A DNA stretch of 63,904 bases, counting the filler. It is 11 parts of 11 records of this genome, joined end to end, with 100 filler letters (N's around TTAATTAATTAA, not from the genome) between each part and the next. Parts side by side here need not be neighbours in the genome. Positions count along the whole stretch, not along the records: positions 61,881 to 63,904 come from SRR9670534_926; 10 more parts are not named here. One strand, given 5' to 3'. Below are positions 63,310-63,904 of this stretch, piece after piece. The notes below the pieces were generated by a model that saw only the letters and a list, made by a program, of their open reading frames with translations, was not told the origin of the DNA and made no database searches. The position numbers and the translations under genes were made by a program. How positions within the stretch are numbered: position 1 is the first letter of the stretch; each line of letters opens with the position of its first letter.

Positions 63310-63904
63310 CTAAAAAATAAATAAGATGTTTTCTCCATATGACATACGGCATAAGTACTTAAGTACCTAATTAGGTGATAATATTTATAGCGACGCTACG
63401 TTGTAGCGTATCAAAACCTAAATTGTTTGTTTATCCATAAAAGTTAGACGTTTATAGCAAGTAACGTATAAGCATATTTATGTTCGACAATCATCTAAAA
63501 CGAATTCTTGCAGGTGGTTGCAATTAATTATTGTAGTATCTGTCTAGATTAAGTAATTTGCTGCGACCAGAAATGAAAAGTTATGATGCTTTCATCATGT
63601 GTTTACCGTATAAATAGTGTTGTAGCTTAAATGTATTCAATACTTGTGGTATGGAGTGTATCAATGGATGGATCCACATATTGCTATTTACATGAGCAGA
63701 TCAATGAGCACTAGAGTAAGGCCATAGGTAAACATGTAAAAGGTTGCAATAATTACAGTAGTATCCGAGAAAGGTCAAACTCAGACGCATAACAAATTCA
63801 ATATACGGTAAAATTTAGCATAATTCTTACAATTAGATACATCATAATACAGCCACGGTACAATCATAAGGTTGGCCTTGTATTGCATGCATTTCAATGG
63901 AGCT

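Noticed and set aside
1..63904. Alternative genetic code or non-canonical splicing
   Set aside because: All conserved genes reconstruct with the standard code and GT-AG introns. Apparent in-frame stops fall in introns.

Overview
This is not prokaryotic DNA and not one continuous locus. It is very AT-rich animal genomic DNA: 11 contig pieces joined by ten artificial 100-nt spacers (44 N + TTAATTAATTAA + 44 N), so adjacency across spacers has no biological meaning. Genes are compact, use the standard code, and have canonical GT-AG introns, mostly 45-90 nt. I reconstructed exon chains by hand for these genes: the 5' part of a voltage-gated Na+ channel; a GT31 beta-1,3-glycosyltransferase; a 97-aa KCNE-like single-pass peptide; VWA3B, with a perfect RFX X-box at its start; most of a divergent Cav2 channel; an LRR-like terminal exon; an unknown X-box-associated membrane protein that hosts an SDF4/Cab45 gene in its intron; the 3' half of STT3A; a NACHT-LRR (NLR) with a degenerate Walker B; a GH3 beta-xylosidase-like gene; an LGR/GRL101-type GPCR; a K/E-rich unknown gene; and a trypsin-like protease. 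Also present are tRNA-Val(CAC), a dead LINE ORF1, several MITEs (one with a clean 8-bp TSD), and a ~10-kb gene-free contig with homeodomain/TALE-type motifs. The gene content is compatible with a compact-genome invertebrate, possibly a spiralian (inference only). I see no evidence for a wholly new multi-gene system. The best leads are the KCNE-like peptide near the Nav gene, the rewired Cav2, the nested-gene ciliary candidate and the pseudo-ATPase NLR.
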